From an uncultured Anaerolineales bacterium (GTDB lineage Bacteria > Chloroflexota > Anaerolineae > CG2-30-64-16), in assembly GCA_964614645.1 (NCBI GenBank), contig CAZTMA010000006.1:6414-70413 (forward strand): a stretch of 64,000 nt of DNA, written 5' to 3'. Below, one piece after another: positions 55,979-64,000 of the stretch. Below the pieces are notes generated by a model that had not been told where the DNA came from, searched no databases, and was given only the letters and a program-made list of their open reading frames with translations. A program made the translations under genes and the position numbers. The first letter of the stretch is position 1; each line of letters begins with the position of its first letter.

Positions 55979-57736
55979 ATGAGCGCACTTCCGACCGCCA
56001 CAACCTGTGATCACGGCACGCTGCCGCCCGGCGTGGAGCATGACGGCGATACCTGGACGGTCCACCCGCACGGCGCGGCGCCCGATGACCCGCAGCTGAT
56101 CCAGGCGGCTGTGGACCTGGCAGCCCCGGGCGACACGGTCCACCTGGCTGCGGGGGTGTTCGACTTCGGCGACTTCGGGAACGTCAGCCTCGCCAAGGAC
56201 CTGACGGTGGAGGGCGCGTGGGATGCGCAGGCCGGTGCGCCGGCCACGACGATCCGGCACGGGGCTTGGCCGCTGCTGGTGGGACGCCGGACGTCCGCCG
56301 GGCTGCCGCAGGTGCGGTTGATAGATGGGCACGAGGTCTGGCACATCACGGCGGACCTGTTCGGGAGGATGCTCACGCCGTTCGAGTACCCGCCCTACAC
56401 GGAACCGGGCGCGGCTGCCTATGACATCCGCACCGACTGGGTCCCCGTCGAGGCCAACGTGCGCCAGATCTCCTTCGACCGGCCCTACGGCGCGGCCATC
56501 TGGGCCGGCGCACAGCGGAGGGGTACGTTCGAGCGGCTGCACATCCGCTCCGCCTGGCCGATGCAGACCGAGTTCGGCGCGAGCAAGCCGCAGGGCCACG
56601 GCATCTACTGGTTCGGGCCGGGATGGCTGCCCGGAGGTCTGGCGAGCATGAACCGCCGCGCTGGCGACGGGCTCTACACCGGCACGGACCTCATCACCGG
56701 CGACCGGATCGTGCAGGACAACGTCATCGACGGTGACTTCGCCGCGTTCCCCGAAGGCGCGGCCGATGAGGCCGGCGGAGTCGTCGCCCTGCCCTTCGAC
56801 CCCGCCCGGCCCGTCCCGCCGGGCGGCGATTATGCCGCCTACGTGCTCCAGGATGTGCCGTCGGGCTGGGACTCAGCCCTGCGGCCGATCCCTGGAAAGA
56901 CCCGGCTCTACTGGGTCAGGAAGGGGTACACGGCCAAGCATATCTGGTGGCTGTCCGAGCCGCGCGTGTACGCGCTGCGCGGGCTGTACACGGGCGTGTA
57001 TTGCCTGTGGACCGACGGCACGCTGACCGTACGGCGTAACCAGGTGCGCGGGTGCGACACCGGCCTCATGCTGCTCCTCAACGGGGCGATGGACCGGCCG
57101 TTCACCGCCCTCATCGAGGACAACACTATCGACCTGGCCCCGGCGACCGGCGTGCATTTCGAGCAGGCCGCACTTTTCACGCACGACCGGGCCGTCCCCA
57201 ACCCGTTCACCGGCGCGACGCTCCTGCCCGCGCCCGGCATGAACATCGAATTCACCGACAACCACATCACGCGCACCCACGCGGGCTTGGGCTGGGCGGT
57301 CCCCGTACTGGACTTGGCCGCGTACGGGACGACGCTGGTCGAGGGCAACGAAATCGGGATCGCCTCGGGGACGGGTGTGTGGCTCTGGCACGACACGCAG
57401 GGCGCATCGATCGAGCTGAACCGGATCTCGGGCCAGGGCGCGTACGCGCTGGCCGTCAATAGCGGCGCGAACGCGACCACGCTCCGGGCCAACAACCTGA
57501 GCGAGTTCGAGGCGGCGGGCGCAGGGATCCCGCTCGATCCGCCGATCCCGCCCGCGGACATTCTGCTGCTCTCAGACGGGAACATGATTTCCGGCGGCTG
57601 GGACCACGAGCCGGATGTGACTGTGCTGGACTATGGGCTGGACAACGTCATCATGGGAATGACGCAGCGGGCCGGGCGGCCGCTAAGCGCGGCGGAGCGC
57701 GCGTTCGTCGGCCGGCGGGGTGCGCCGGCGCGATGA
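55979..57736 (+). CDS. Right-handed beta-helix (pectin-lyase-like/NosD-like) protein, no signal peptide
   Basis: IQAAVDLAAPGDTVHLAAGVF; IEDNTI / VEGNEI / LRANN rungs; RBS GGAGG. Confidence 0.75.
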   Translation: MSALPTATTCDHGTLPPGVEHDGDTWTVHPHGAAPDDPQLIQAAVDLAAPGDTVHLAAGVFDFGDFGNVSLAKDLTVEGAWDAQAGAPATTIRHGAWPLLVGRRTSAGLPQVRLIDGHEVWHITADLFGRMLTPFEYPPYTEPGAAAYDIRTDWVPVEANVRQISFDRPYGAAIWAGAQRRGTFERLHIRSAWPMQTEFGASKPQGHGIYWFGPGWLPGGLASMNRRAGDGLYTGTDLITGDRIVQDNVIDGDFAAFPEGAADEAGGVVALPFDPARPVPPGGDYAAYVLQDVPSGWDSALRPIPGKTRLYWVRKGYTAKHIWWLSEPRVYALRGLYTGVYCLWTDGTLTVRRNQVRGCDTGLMLLLNGAMDRPFTALIEDNTIDLAPATGVHFEQAALFTHDRAVPNPFTGATLLPAPGMNIEFTDNHITRTHAGLGWAVPVLDLAAYGTTLVEGNEIGIASGTGVWLWHDTQGASIELNRISGQGAYALAVNSGANATTLRANNLSEFEAAGAGIPLDPPIPPADILLLSDGNMISGGWDHEPDVTVLDYGLDNVIMGMTQRAGRPLSAAERAFVGRRGAPAR

Positions 57737-57782
57737 GAGGATACGATTGATGGGGGTGTTGAGATAGCGCGGCAATCAGCCA

Positions 57783-57860
57783 GAGGAGTTTGCATCGTCA
57801 GATGCAAACAATGACGCCGGGCATGTGGGCCGTTCCGCATCTGTAAATGCGGAACTCCTC
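57783..57860. other. Structured intergenic element with two related hairpins and complementary ends
   Basis: gtttgcatc-gtca-gatgcaaac and gttccgcat-ctgtaa-atgcggaac, enclosed by gaggag / ctcctc. Confidence 0.5.
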
Positions 57861-57898
57861 CTGCCCATTACCGGGATAGATATGAAGGAGGTTTTCCC

Positions 57899-59695
57899 AT
57901 GAAGCGGCTTCTGTGGATTGCGATGCTTGTCCTGTTGTTGGCCGGCGTCCCGGCTGCGAGCGCCCAGCCGCTCGCGCTGCCGCCGGATGTGGAGCACAGC
58001 GGGTCCGTCTGGACCATCTACCCGCACGGCCTCTCGCCGGATGACCCGGAGCGCATCCGGGAGGTTGTGGCGTTGGCAGACCCCGGCGACACCATCCGCC
58101 TGGCCGCCGGCATCTTCGACTTCAGCGAGTTCGAGAACGTCTACATCTACAAGGACCTGACTATCGAGGGCGCCTGGGACAAGAAGGCCGGTGCGCCGCT
58201 TACGACGATCAAGCACGGTCTTCTGCCATTCACCATCGGCCGCCAGACACCCTTCGAGCCACCGGAACAGGTGGACATGGACGGGCATACGGTCTACCAC
58301 ATGACGCCGGACATCTACGGCAAGATCAACTATCCCTTCATGTACCCGCCCTACGTGCCGCCGTACGATACCTCAAGCTTGCCTCCCTACGATTTCTTCG
58401 CAGACTGGACGCCGGTCAACGTCACCGTGCGCCAGCTCCGGTTCGACCGCCCATATGGTTGCGCCATCTGGACCGGCGCGGCCAACGGCCAAACGATCGA
58501 ACGCATCCTGGTGGACGGGCTGTGGCCCTGGGATATCGCCTACGAAGCCAGCGATCCCCTGGGCATCGCGCTGGGCTGGCTGAACCCGACCGTGCGGTCA
58601 TTCGTCCTCGGCATGCACGATCGCGAATATGACACGCGGCTGTACTTCGACACCGAACTGATCAAAGGCGACATACTCATGCAGGATGTGCGCGTCAACG
58701 GAGATTACTGGCGTATCCCGGCAGGTGAAGTGGACGAGGCCGGCGACGTCGTGGTTGCGCCGTTTGACCCTGACGATCCAGCGCCGCCAGGCGGCAAGTG
58801 GGACGAGTACGTCCTGCAGGAAGTGACCTTCGGGTATGACGTCACCGGCTTCCCCACGGACACGGAGCCGTACTGGGTCAAGAAGGGTTATACGGCCTTC
58901 TGGTTCTACTGGGCAGATGCGCAGGTCTGGGCCGTCCGCGGGATGTGGGCCGGCGTGTACTCGGCATGGTCAGAGGCCACCTTGACGATCCGCAACAACA
59001 CCATGCACGATACTCTCATCGGCGTCTTCTTCATCGGCAATGGAGGCAGCGGCGATCCCTTCACCGCCATCATCGAGGACAACGAAATCGTGACCCTCAG
59101 CGAGCCGCTGCCCTTCGTGGATACATCCGGCGTCCTGGCATACAGCACGCCGATGTACAATGCCTACAAGGACGAGACGATCGACCTGGAACCGGGCACG
59201 GACATCGAGGTGCGGGACAACCACATCGTGACGAACTACCCGTACCAATACTGGGGCATGAGCGGTATCGACCTCGAGGTGAACGGCTCGGCCCTGATCG
59301 AGGGCAACGACGTCGAGGTCGCCTCCGCCAGCGGGATCGCGCTCTGGTGGCCGACCGATGGCGGCCAGGTGCTGCACAACCGCGTGTCTGGCACCGGCGA
59401 CTATGCGCTGGTGACGTACTGGGATGCGCCCAACAGCGAACTGCGGGCCAACAACGTCAACAACTTCACGCCGGTAGGGCCAGGCCTGGCGTGGGCCGAC
59501 CCGCCCATCCCGCCCGCCGAGATCCTCCTGCTGTCCAACGGCAACACCGTCATCGGCGGCGGCAACCATGAGCCGGGCGTGACCGTGCTGGACTACGGCC
59601 TGGACAACACCATCACGGGGATCACGCGGCAGGTCGGGCGGCCGCTGAGCGCAGCAGAGCGGGCCACGATCAACAGTGCGCAGGATCGGAAGTAG
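57899..59695 (+). CDS. Secreted right-handed beta-helix protein (paralog of 55979)
   Basis: Signal peptide ending ASA-Q; KDLTIEGAWD, FDRPYG, YWVKKGYTA, DPPIPPAEILLLS, VTVLDYGLDN shared with the upstream gene. Confidence 0.8.
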   Translation: MKRLLWIAMLVLLLAGVPAASAQPLALPPDVEHSGSVWTIYPHGLSPDDPERIREVVALADPGDTIRLAAGIFDFSEFENVYIYKDLTIEGAWDKKAGAPLTTIKHGLLPFTIGRQTPFEPPEQVDMDGHTVYHMTPDIYGKINYPFMYPPYVPPYDTSSLPPYDFFADWTPVNVTVRQLRFDRPYGCAIWTGAANGQTIERILVDGLWPWDIAYEASDPLGIALGWLNPTVRSFVLGMHDREYDTRLYFDTELIKGDILMQDVRVNGDYWRIPAGEVDEAGDVVVAPFDPDDPAPPGGKWDEYVLQEVTFGYDVTGFPTDTEPYWVKKGYTAFWFYWADAQVWAVRGMWAGVYSAWSEATLTIRNNTMHDTLIGVFFIGNGGSGDPFTAIIEDNEIVTLSEPLPFVDTSGVLAYSTPMYNAYKDETIDLEPGTDIEVRDNHIVTNYPYQYWGMSGIDLEVNGSALIEGNDVEVASASGIALWWPTDGGQVLHNRVSGTGDYALVTYWDAPNSELRANNVNNFTPVGPGLAWADPPIPPAEILLLSNGNTVIGGGNHEPGVTVLDYGLDNTITGITRQVGRPLSAAERATINSAQDRK

Positions 59696-59765
59696 CAGTG
59701 GCCTGGGTGTCGTAATCGAATGGGACGTGCGGCCGGCTGCCGGATGGGGCCTGGTGACCGGCCGC

Positions 59766-59990
59766 ATGGTGCTTTTGCCGCACCGGGAACCGCAGCGAGC
59801 GTTCCGGCGTCCACAAGAGCAGCCATACTCATCCTCGGAGTCACCCATGCAAGTTGTGCTGGTTCTCGCCATACTTTCATTGCTACTGTGGACGCTGTTG
59901 CCCGCAACCAATCGTGCTGAGGTCGAAGACCTCTATCTCGACAATACCCGGTCGACGGTACAGCGGTTCGTCGACTGGCTGCAGCATTAA
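59766..59990 (+). CDS. Small hypothetical protein with one TM helix
   Basis: Fills the intergenic gap; hydrophobic VVLVLAILSLLLWTLL; start uncertain, no clear RBS. Confidence 0.35.
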   Translation: MVLLPHREPQRAFRRPQEQPYSSSESPMQVVLVLAILSLLLWTLLPATNRAEVEDLYLDNTRSTVQRFVDWLQH

Positions 59991-60001
59991 GTCCTGACGG
60001 C

Positions 60002-60030
60002 TTGTCATTACCCCGTCCGCGTGCTACACT
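60002..60030 (+). promoter_or_regulatory. Sigma70 promoter for glcF
   Basis: TTGTCA-17 bp-TACACT with extended TG. Confidence 0.65.
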
Positions 60031-60063
60031 CACGGCCATATCCTGACCGGACGACAGGAAGCC

Positions 60064-61383
60064 ATGAGCCTATACGAACCCACACCCGGCCAGCAGGTCT
60101 TCGGCCTGCACCTGCCGGATTATGACGAGCTCCAGGGTTGCATCCGGTGCGGGCGCTGCCTGCCCGTGTGCCCCACATATCAGCAGACCCAACTCGAGAT
60201 GTTCTCCCCGCGCGGGCGGCTGAGCCTGCTGCGCGCGGTCGAGGACGGCAAGCTGCCGATGACGGACGGAGTGGAGGACCACCTCTACCACTGTCTCGAC
60301 TGCCGCGCGTGCAACACCGTGTGCCCGCCCGGCGTGCGCATCGGCGAGCTGATCGTGCGCGGCCGCGTCGCCATCGAAGAAAAGCACCCGCGGCCCTTCC
60401 TCATCAAGTTCATGCTGCGCCACGTCCTGACCGGGGCAGAGCGGGCCGCGATTATCTCCGGGCCGCTGCGCCTGGTGCAGGCCCTCCGGCTCGACCGGCT
60501 GGCCGCGGCGGTCCTGCGCCACGTGCCGGGGCCGGGCCGCCGGCTGGTGGACCTCATCGAGTTTGCGCCGCATCCGGGCAAACCGCTGGCGCACGAGCTG
60601 GCGCTGGTCGAGCCCGCCACCGGTCCGCAGCGCCACCGCGTCGCCTTCTTCCTCGGCTGCATGATGAACGTCGCCATGCCGGACGTCAGCCGCGCGACCG
60701 TGCGCGTGCTGCGCCGCGCGGGCTGTGACGTGCTGACCCCGCGCGGGCAGGCGTGCTGCGGCGCGCCGCACGATGACCAGGCCATGCTGGAACTATCCCG
60801 TGACATGGCGCGCAAGAACATCGCGCTGTTCGAGCCGCTGCTGGACGAGGTCGAGGCCATCGTGACCGACTGCGCCGGCTGCAGCGCCGCGCTCAAGGAA
60901 TATGCCGAGTGGCTGCACGACGATTTGGTCTGGCGGGAGCGGGCCTACCGCTTCAGCGCAAAGGTGCGCGACGTGACCGAGTGGCTCGATGCCATCTGGC
61001 CGGAAGATTTGCCGCTGGCCCACCGGCACGCAACAGCTACCTACCACGACCCGTGCCACCTTGCGAACCTGCAGAACGTGCGCAGCCAGCCGCGGCGCCT
61101 GCTCGATCGCGTGACCGGACTGGACATGCACCCGCTGCCCGACAGCCACCCGGTCCGCTGCTGCGGCAGCGCGGGCATCTACAACCTGACGCACACGGAC
61201 ATGTCGCTCGAGCTGCTCGACCGGAAGATGGAAGACGTCGCCGCGACGGGCGCGGAGGTTGTCGTCAGCGCCAACCCCGGCTGCCTGCTCCAGCTTGAAT
61301 GGGGCCGCCGGCGCACGGGGCAACCGATCGTGGTCAAGCACGTCGTCGAGATACTCGACGAGAGTTTGGACGCGCGCAAGTAG
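60064..61383 (+). CDS. glcF: Glycolate/lactate oxidase iron-sulfur subunit (GlcF-like)
   Basis: CIRCGRCLPVCP, CLDCRACNTVCP, two CCG domains, YHDPCHL, ANPGC. Confidence 0.88.
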   Translation: MSLYEPTPGQQVFGLHLPDYDELQGCIRCGRCLPVCPTYQQTQLEMFSPRGRLSLLRAVEDGKLPMTDGVEDHLYHCLDCRACNTVCPPGVRIGELIVRGRVAIEEKHPRPFLIKFMLRHVLTGAERAAIISGPLRLVQALRLDRLAAAVLRHVPGPGRRLVDLIEFAPHPGKPLAHELALVEPATGPQRHRVAFFLGCMMNVAMPDVSRATVRVLRRAGCDVLTPRGQACCGAPHDDQAMLELSRDMARKNIALFEPLLDEVEAIVTDCAGCSAALKEYAEWLHDDLVWRERAYRFSAKVRDVTEWLDAIWPEDLPLAHRHATATYHDPCHLANLQNVRSQPRRLLDRVTGLDMHPLPDSHPVRCCGSAGIYNLTHTDMSLELLDRKMEDVAATGAEVVVSANPGCLLQLEWGRRRTGQPIVVKHVVEILDESLDARK

Positions 61384-61421
61384 CAGCCTAACTGCCAGAC
61401 TTGATTGTGATCGGAGGAACC

Positions 61422-62099
61422 GTGGCTAATCCTATTCGGGTAATGCTAGAAATCGGACCGAAGGGCAAGAAAGTGGTGGCAGTAGCACCGGACTGGCCCG
61501 GTCTCGAGCGCGGAGCGAAGACCGGGGAAGCTGCAATCGAACGCTTACTCTCCTATGTTCCGCGTTATGCGGCGGTGACGCAACTGGCCGGGATGGAGTC
61601 CGCACTTGAGGACAGCAGCGGCGTCGAAGTGGTCGAGCAATATCCGGGCACGGGCTCAACCGACTTCTGGGGCATCTCATTCGCGTTTTCGAGCATCGAC
61701 CGGCAAGCCATGTCGGGAAAAGAGATGGAGCGTGAACTGGCTCTGATGCGGGCGTGCTGGGCATTTTTCGACGATGTGCGTTCCCGCGTGTCGGCTGAAA
61801 TGCGGCGGGGTCCGCGCGGCGGAGGGCGTGACCGCGACCGCATCGTCCGTCATGTCGTTGCCAACGAGCTGGACTGGGCGAAGGGGTTTGGCGTGCTCAC
61901 GCCTTTGGACGAAGTGCTGATCGAAGAGAGACTGAAAGCGCACCGTGAGGCCTATTGCGATGGGATTCGGGCGCTGCATTCCCGCGGCGAAATGGCCCGC
62001 AAGTGGCCGCTCAGGTACCTGATTCGGCACACCGCATACCACACGCTCGATCACGCCTGGGAAATGGAAGACAAAGACCTGACTGTCAAACGAGCGTGA
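61422..62099 (+). CDS. Hypothetical protein with DinB-like C-terminus
   Basis: GTG after GGAGG; DWPG, GGGRDRDRIVRHV, WPLRYLIRHTAYHTLDHAWEMED. Confidence 0.75.
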   Translation: MANPIRVMLEIGPKGKKVVAVAPDWPGLERGAKTGEAAIERLLSYVPRYAAVTQLAGMESALEDSSGVEVVEQYPGTGSTDFWGISFAFSSIDRQAMSGKEMERELALMRACWAFFDDVRSRVSAEMRRGPRGGGRDRDRIVRHVVANELDWAKGFGVLTPLDEVLIEERLKAHREAYCDGIRALHSRGEMARKWPLRYLIRHTAYHTLDHAWEMEDKDLTVKRA

Positions 62100-62110
62100 G
62101 TAAGAAGGTC

Positions 62111-63499
62111 ATGTTAATGGATGCACGCATTATCAATGAACTGCGCGCTGCGCTCGGCAGCGAACGCGTGAGCACCGCGCCAGAGGACCTCGTAAGCTAC
62201 GCGTATGACGGCACATGGGCCGAGCAGCAGCCGGACGTCGTGATCCACCCGCAGACCACGGCGGATGTCGCCGCGGTGCTGCGCATCGCAGACGCGGCGC
62301 GCGTGCCGGTCGTGCCGCGCGGCGCGGCGACCGGGCTGGCTGGCGGCGCGCTGCCCGTGGCGGGCGGCATCTGCCTGAACATGGCACGCATGAACCGCAT
62401 CCTCGACATCTCCATCCCGGACATTCTGGCCGTGGTGCAGCCGGGCGTCGTCACGCTCGACCTGCAGAAGGCCGTCGAGAAGCACGGCTTCTTCTATCCG
62501 CCCGACCCGGCCAGCGTCTACCAGTGCACCATGGGCGGGAATGTCGCTACGAACGCGGGCGGGCCGCGCTGCCTGAAATACGGCGTGACGGGTGACTACG
62601 TGCTGGGGCTGGAGGTCGTGGTGGCCGGCGGCCATGTGCTGCGGCTGGGCGGGCGGACCATCAAGAACGTCAGCGGGTACGACCTGATGGGGCTGTTCAT
62701 CGGCTCGGAGGGCACGCTTGGCGTCGTGACCGAGATTACGGTGCGGCTCGTCCCGAAGCCCGCGGCGCAGATGACCGCGCTGGCCGCGTTCCCGCGGCTG
62801 GCGGACGCGTGCGAGGCGGTCGGCAACATCCTGCAGGCGGGCGTCGTGCCGCTGGTCACCGAGCTGATGGACCATGCCACCATCCGGGCGGTCGAGGATT
62901 TCAAGCATCTCGGCCTGCCGACGGACGTGGAGGCGCTCCTGCTGGTGGCCGTCGACGGCGATGCCGACACGGTGGCGCGCGAGATCGTGCAGGTGGCGGA
63001 GATCCTGCAGCGGTCCGGCGCGCGCGAGGTGCGCCAGGCGCACTCGGCGCAGGAGTCGGAGGCGCTGTGGGAGGGCCGGCGCAACCTCAGCCCTGCCATC
63101 CAGCGGCTCGCGCGCAACAAGCTGGGCGAGGACATCACCGTTCCGCGCTCCAGGATCCCGGAGATGGTCGCGCGGCTCGGCGATATCAGCCGCGCGAACG
63201 ACCTGCCCATCATCGTCTATGGCCACATCGGCGACGGCAACCTGCACCCGACCATCCTGTGCGACCGCCGCGACGCGGCCATCATGCACCGTGTCGAGAA
63301 GGCCGCGGCGGATGTGCTGGCGGCCGCGGTCTCGCTGGGCGGCACGCTCAGCGGCGAGCACGGCATCGGCATCTTCAAGCGCGAGCACATGGCCCTCGGC
63401 GTGGACGCCAACGCCCTGGCCTACATGGCGGGCGTCAAAGCCCTGTTCGACCCCAACGGCATCCTGAATCCAGGCAAGAAGCTGCCGAGCACGAATTAG
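62111..63499 (+). CDS. glcD: FAD-linked oxidase, glycolate oxidase subunit GlcD-like
   Basis: PRGAATGLAGG, YPPDPAS, GGNVATNAGG, GSEGTLG, GHIGDGNLH, GEHGIG, DPNGILNPGK. Confidence 0.9.
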   Translation: MLMDARIINELRAALGSERVSTAPEDLVSYAYDGTWAEQQPDVVIHPQTTADVAAVLRIADAARVPVVPRGAATGLAGGALPVAGGICLNMARMNRILDISIPDILAVVQPGVVTLDLQKAVEKHGFFYPPDPASVYQCTMGGNVATNAGGPRCLKYGVTGDYVLGLEVVVAGGHVLRLGGRTIKNVSGYDLMGLFIGSEGTLGVVTEITVRLVPKPAAQMTALAAFPRLADACEAVGNILQAGVVPLVTELMDHATIRAVEDFKHLGLPTDVEALLLVAVDGDADTVAREIVQVAEILQRSGAREVRQAHSAQESEALWEGRRNLSPAIQRLARNKLGEDITVPRSRIPEMVARLGDISRANDLPIIVYGHIGDGNLHPTILCDRRDAAIMHRVEKAAADVLAAAVSLGGTLSGEHGIGIFKREHMALGVDANALAYMAGVKALFDPNGILNPGKKLPSTN

Positions 63500-63574
63500 A
63501 AATTGCGAATTATGAATTAGGAACTTCGAATCGGGTGCGGGAAGTCATAATTCCTAATTCGTAATTCGTAATTC
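63493..63574. repeat. Inverted heptamer tandem-repeat element
   Basis: gaattag-aaattgc-gaattat-gaattag-gaacttc facing ataattc-ctaattc-gtaattc-gtaattc; provides the glcD stop. Confidence 0.75.
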
Positions 63575-63584
63575 CACCGTCTCC

Positions 63585-64000
63585 TCACCACGCCGGCCGC
63601 GCCTGCTGCAGCCCATCCTTGATCCACAGGAACTGCCCGTTCACTGCGTCGCCCGCGGGCGTGAGCAGCTCCAGCACGAGGTCCGCCGTCTTCTCCGGCG
63701 GATCGCCACCGGTTGCCTCCACCCATTCCGCCCACCGGAGCATCCCGCGGCCGGGGCCGTTGCGCCGGCCAGCCTCCGCCTTGATCGCGGCCCACATCTC
63801 CGTCTTGACCTCGCCCGGATGCAGCGCGTTGGCGGTCACGCCGGTGCCTTCCAGCTCGGCGGCAAGCTGCCGCGTGAAGTGGTTGAGCGCAACCTTGCTG
63901 AGCTGGTAGACCGACCCGACGTTACCCGGCGGCGAGATCGACGCTGCGGAGCTGACGTTGAGGATGCGGCCCCAGCCGTGGCGTATCATGTCCGGCATGA
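63585..64000 (-). CDS. Short-chain dehydrogenase/reductase (5' part outside the window)
   Basis: GRILNVSS, YQLSK (YxxxK), ANALHPG.VKT, VNGQFL. Confidence 0.88.
   Translation of the reverse strand, partial: MPDMIRHGWGRILNVSSAASISPPGNVGSVYQLSKVALNHFTRQLAAELEGTGVTANALHPGEVKTEMWAAIKAEAGRRNGPGRGMLRWAEWVEATGGDPPEKTADLVLELLTPAGDAVNGQFLWIKDGLQQARPAW

Overview
GC-rich bacterial chromosomal window. The gene set and promoter style suggest Chloroflexota, probably Anaerolineae; this is an inference. Positions 1-39.4 kb are mostly housekeeping genes (folC, lon, pepA, ECF sigma/anti-sigma, degV, pth, mfd, nudC, tRNA-Arg(CCT), 5'-nucleotidase, gpmA, fdhD, P5C dehydrogenase). Three loci in this part are unusual: (i) a glycyl-radical enzyme with a non-canonical GCHW Cys-loop, its activase, and an AhpD-like gene whose in-frame UGA lies in a CxxU motif followed by a SECIS-like hairpin (probable selenoprotein); (ii) a PP2C/SpoIIE phosphatase fused to a degenerate PilB/GspE-type ATPase; (iii) an AlbA_2/Schlafen-HATPase-HTH protein with an eroded catalytic motif. 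Positions 39.4-60 kb form an accessory block. It holds three ~1100-aa BTAD-NB-ARC-TPR (AfsR/SARP-STAND) regulators interleaved with secreted proteins: two M6-like metalloproteases, a 4x SnoaL + SGNH lipoprotein, two beta-helix paralogs and one small secreted protein. Four of the secreted-gene promoters share an 11-bp-period direct-repeat box. The window ends with glcF, an inserted gene, glcD and a partial SDR. Several small repeat families (GTAG-type REP hairpins, 7-mer and 9-mer repeats) are scattered throughout; some lie in-frame inside genes and some supply stop codons. I saw no CRISPR array, integrase, transposase or rRNA. All calls come from reading motifs by eye; no database search was run.
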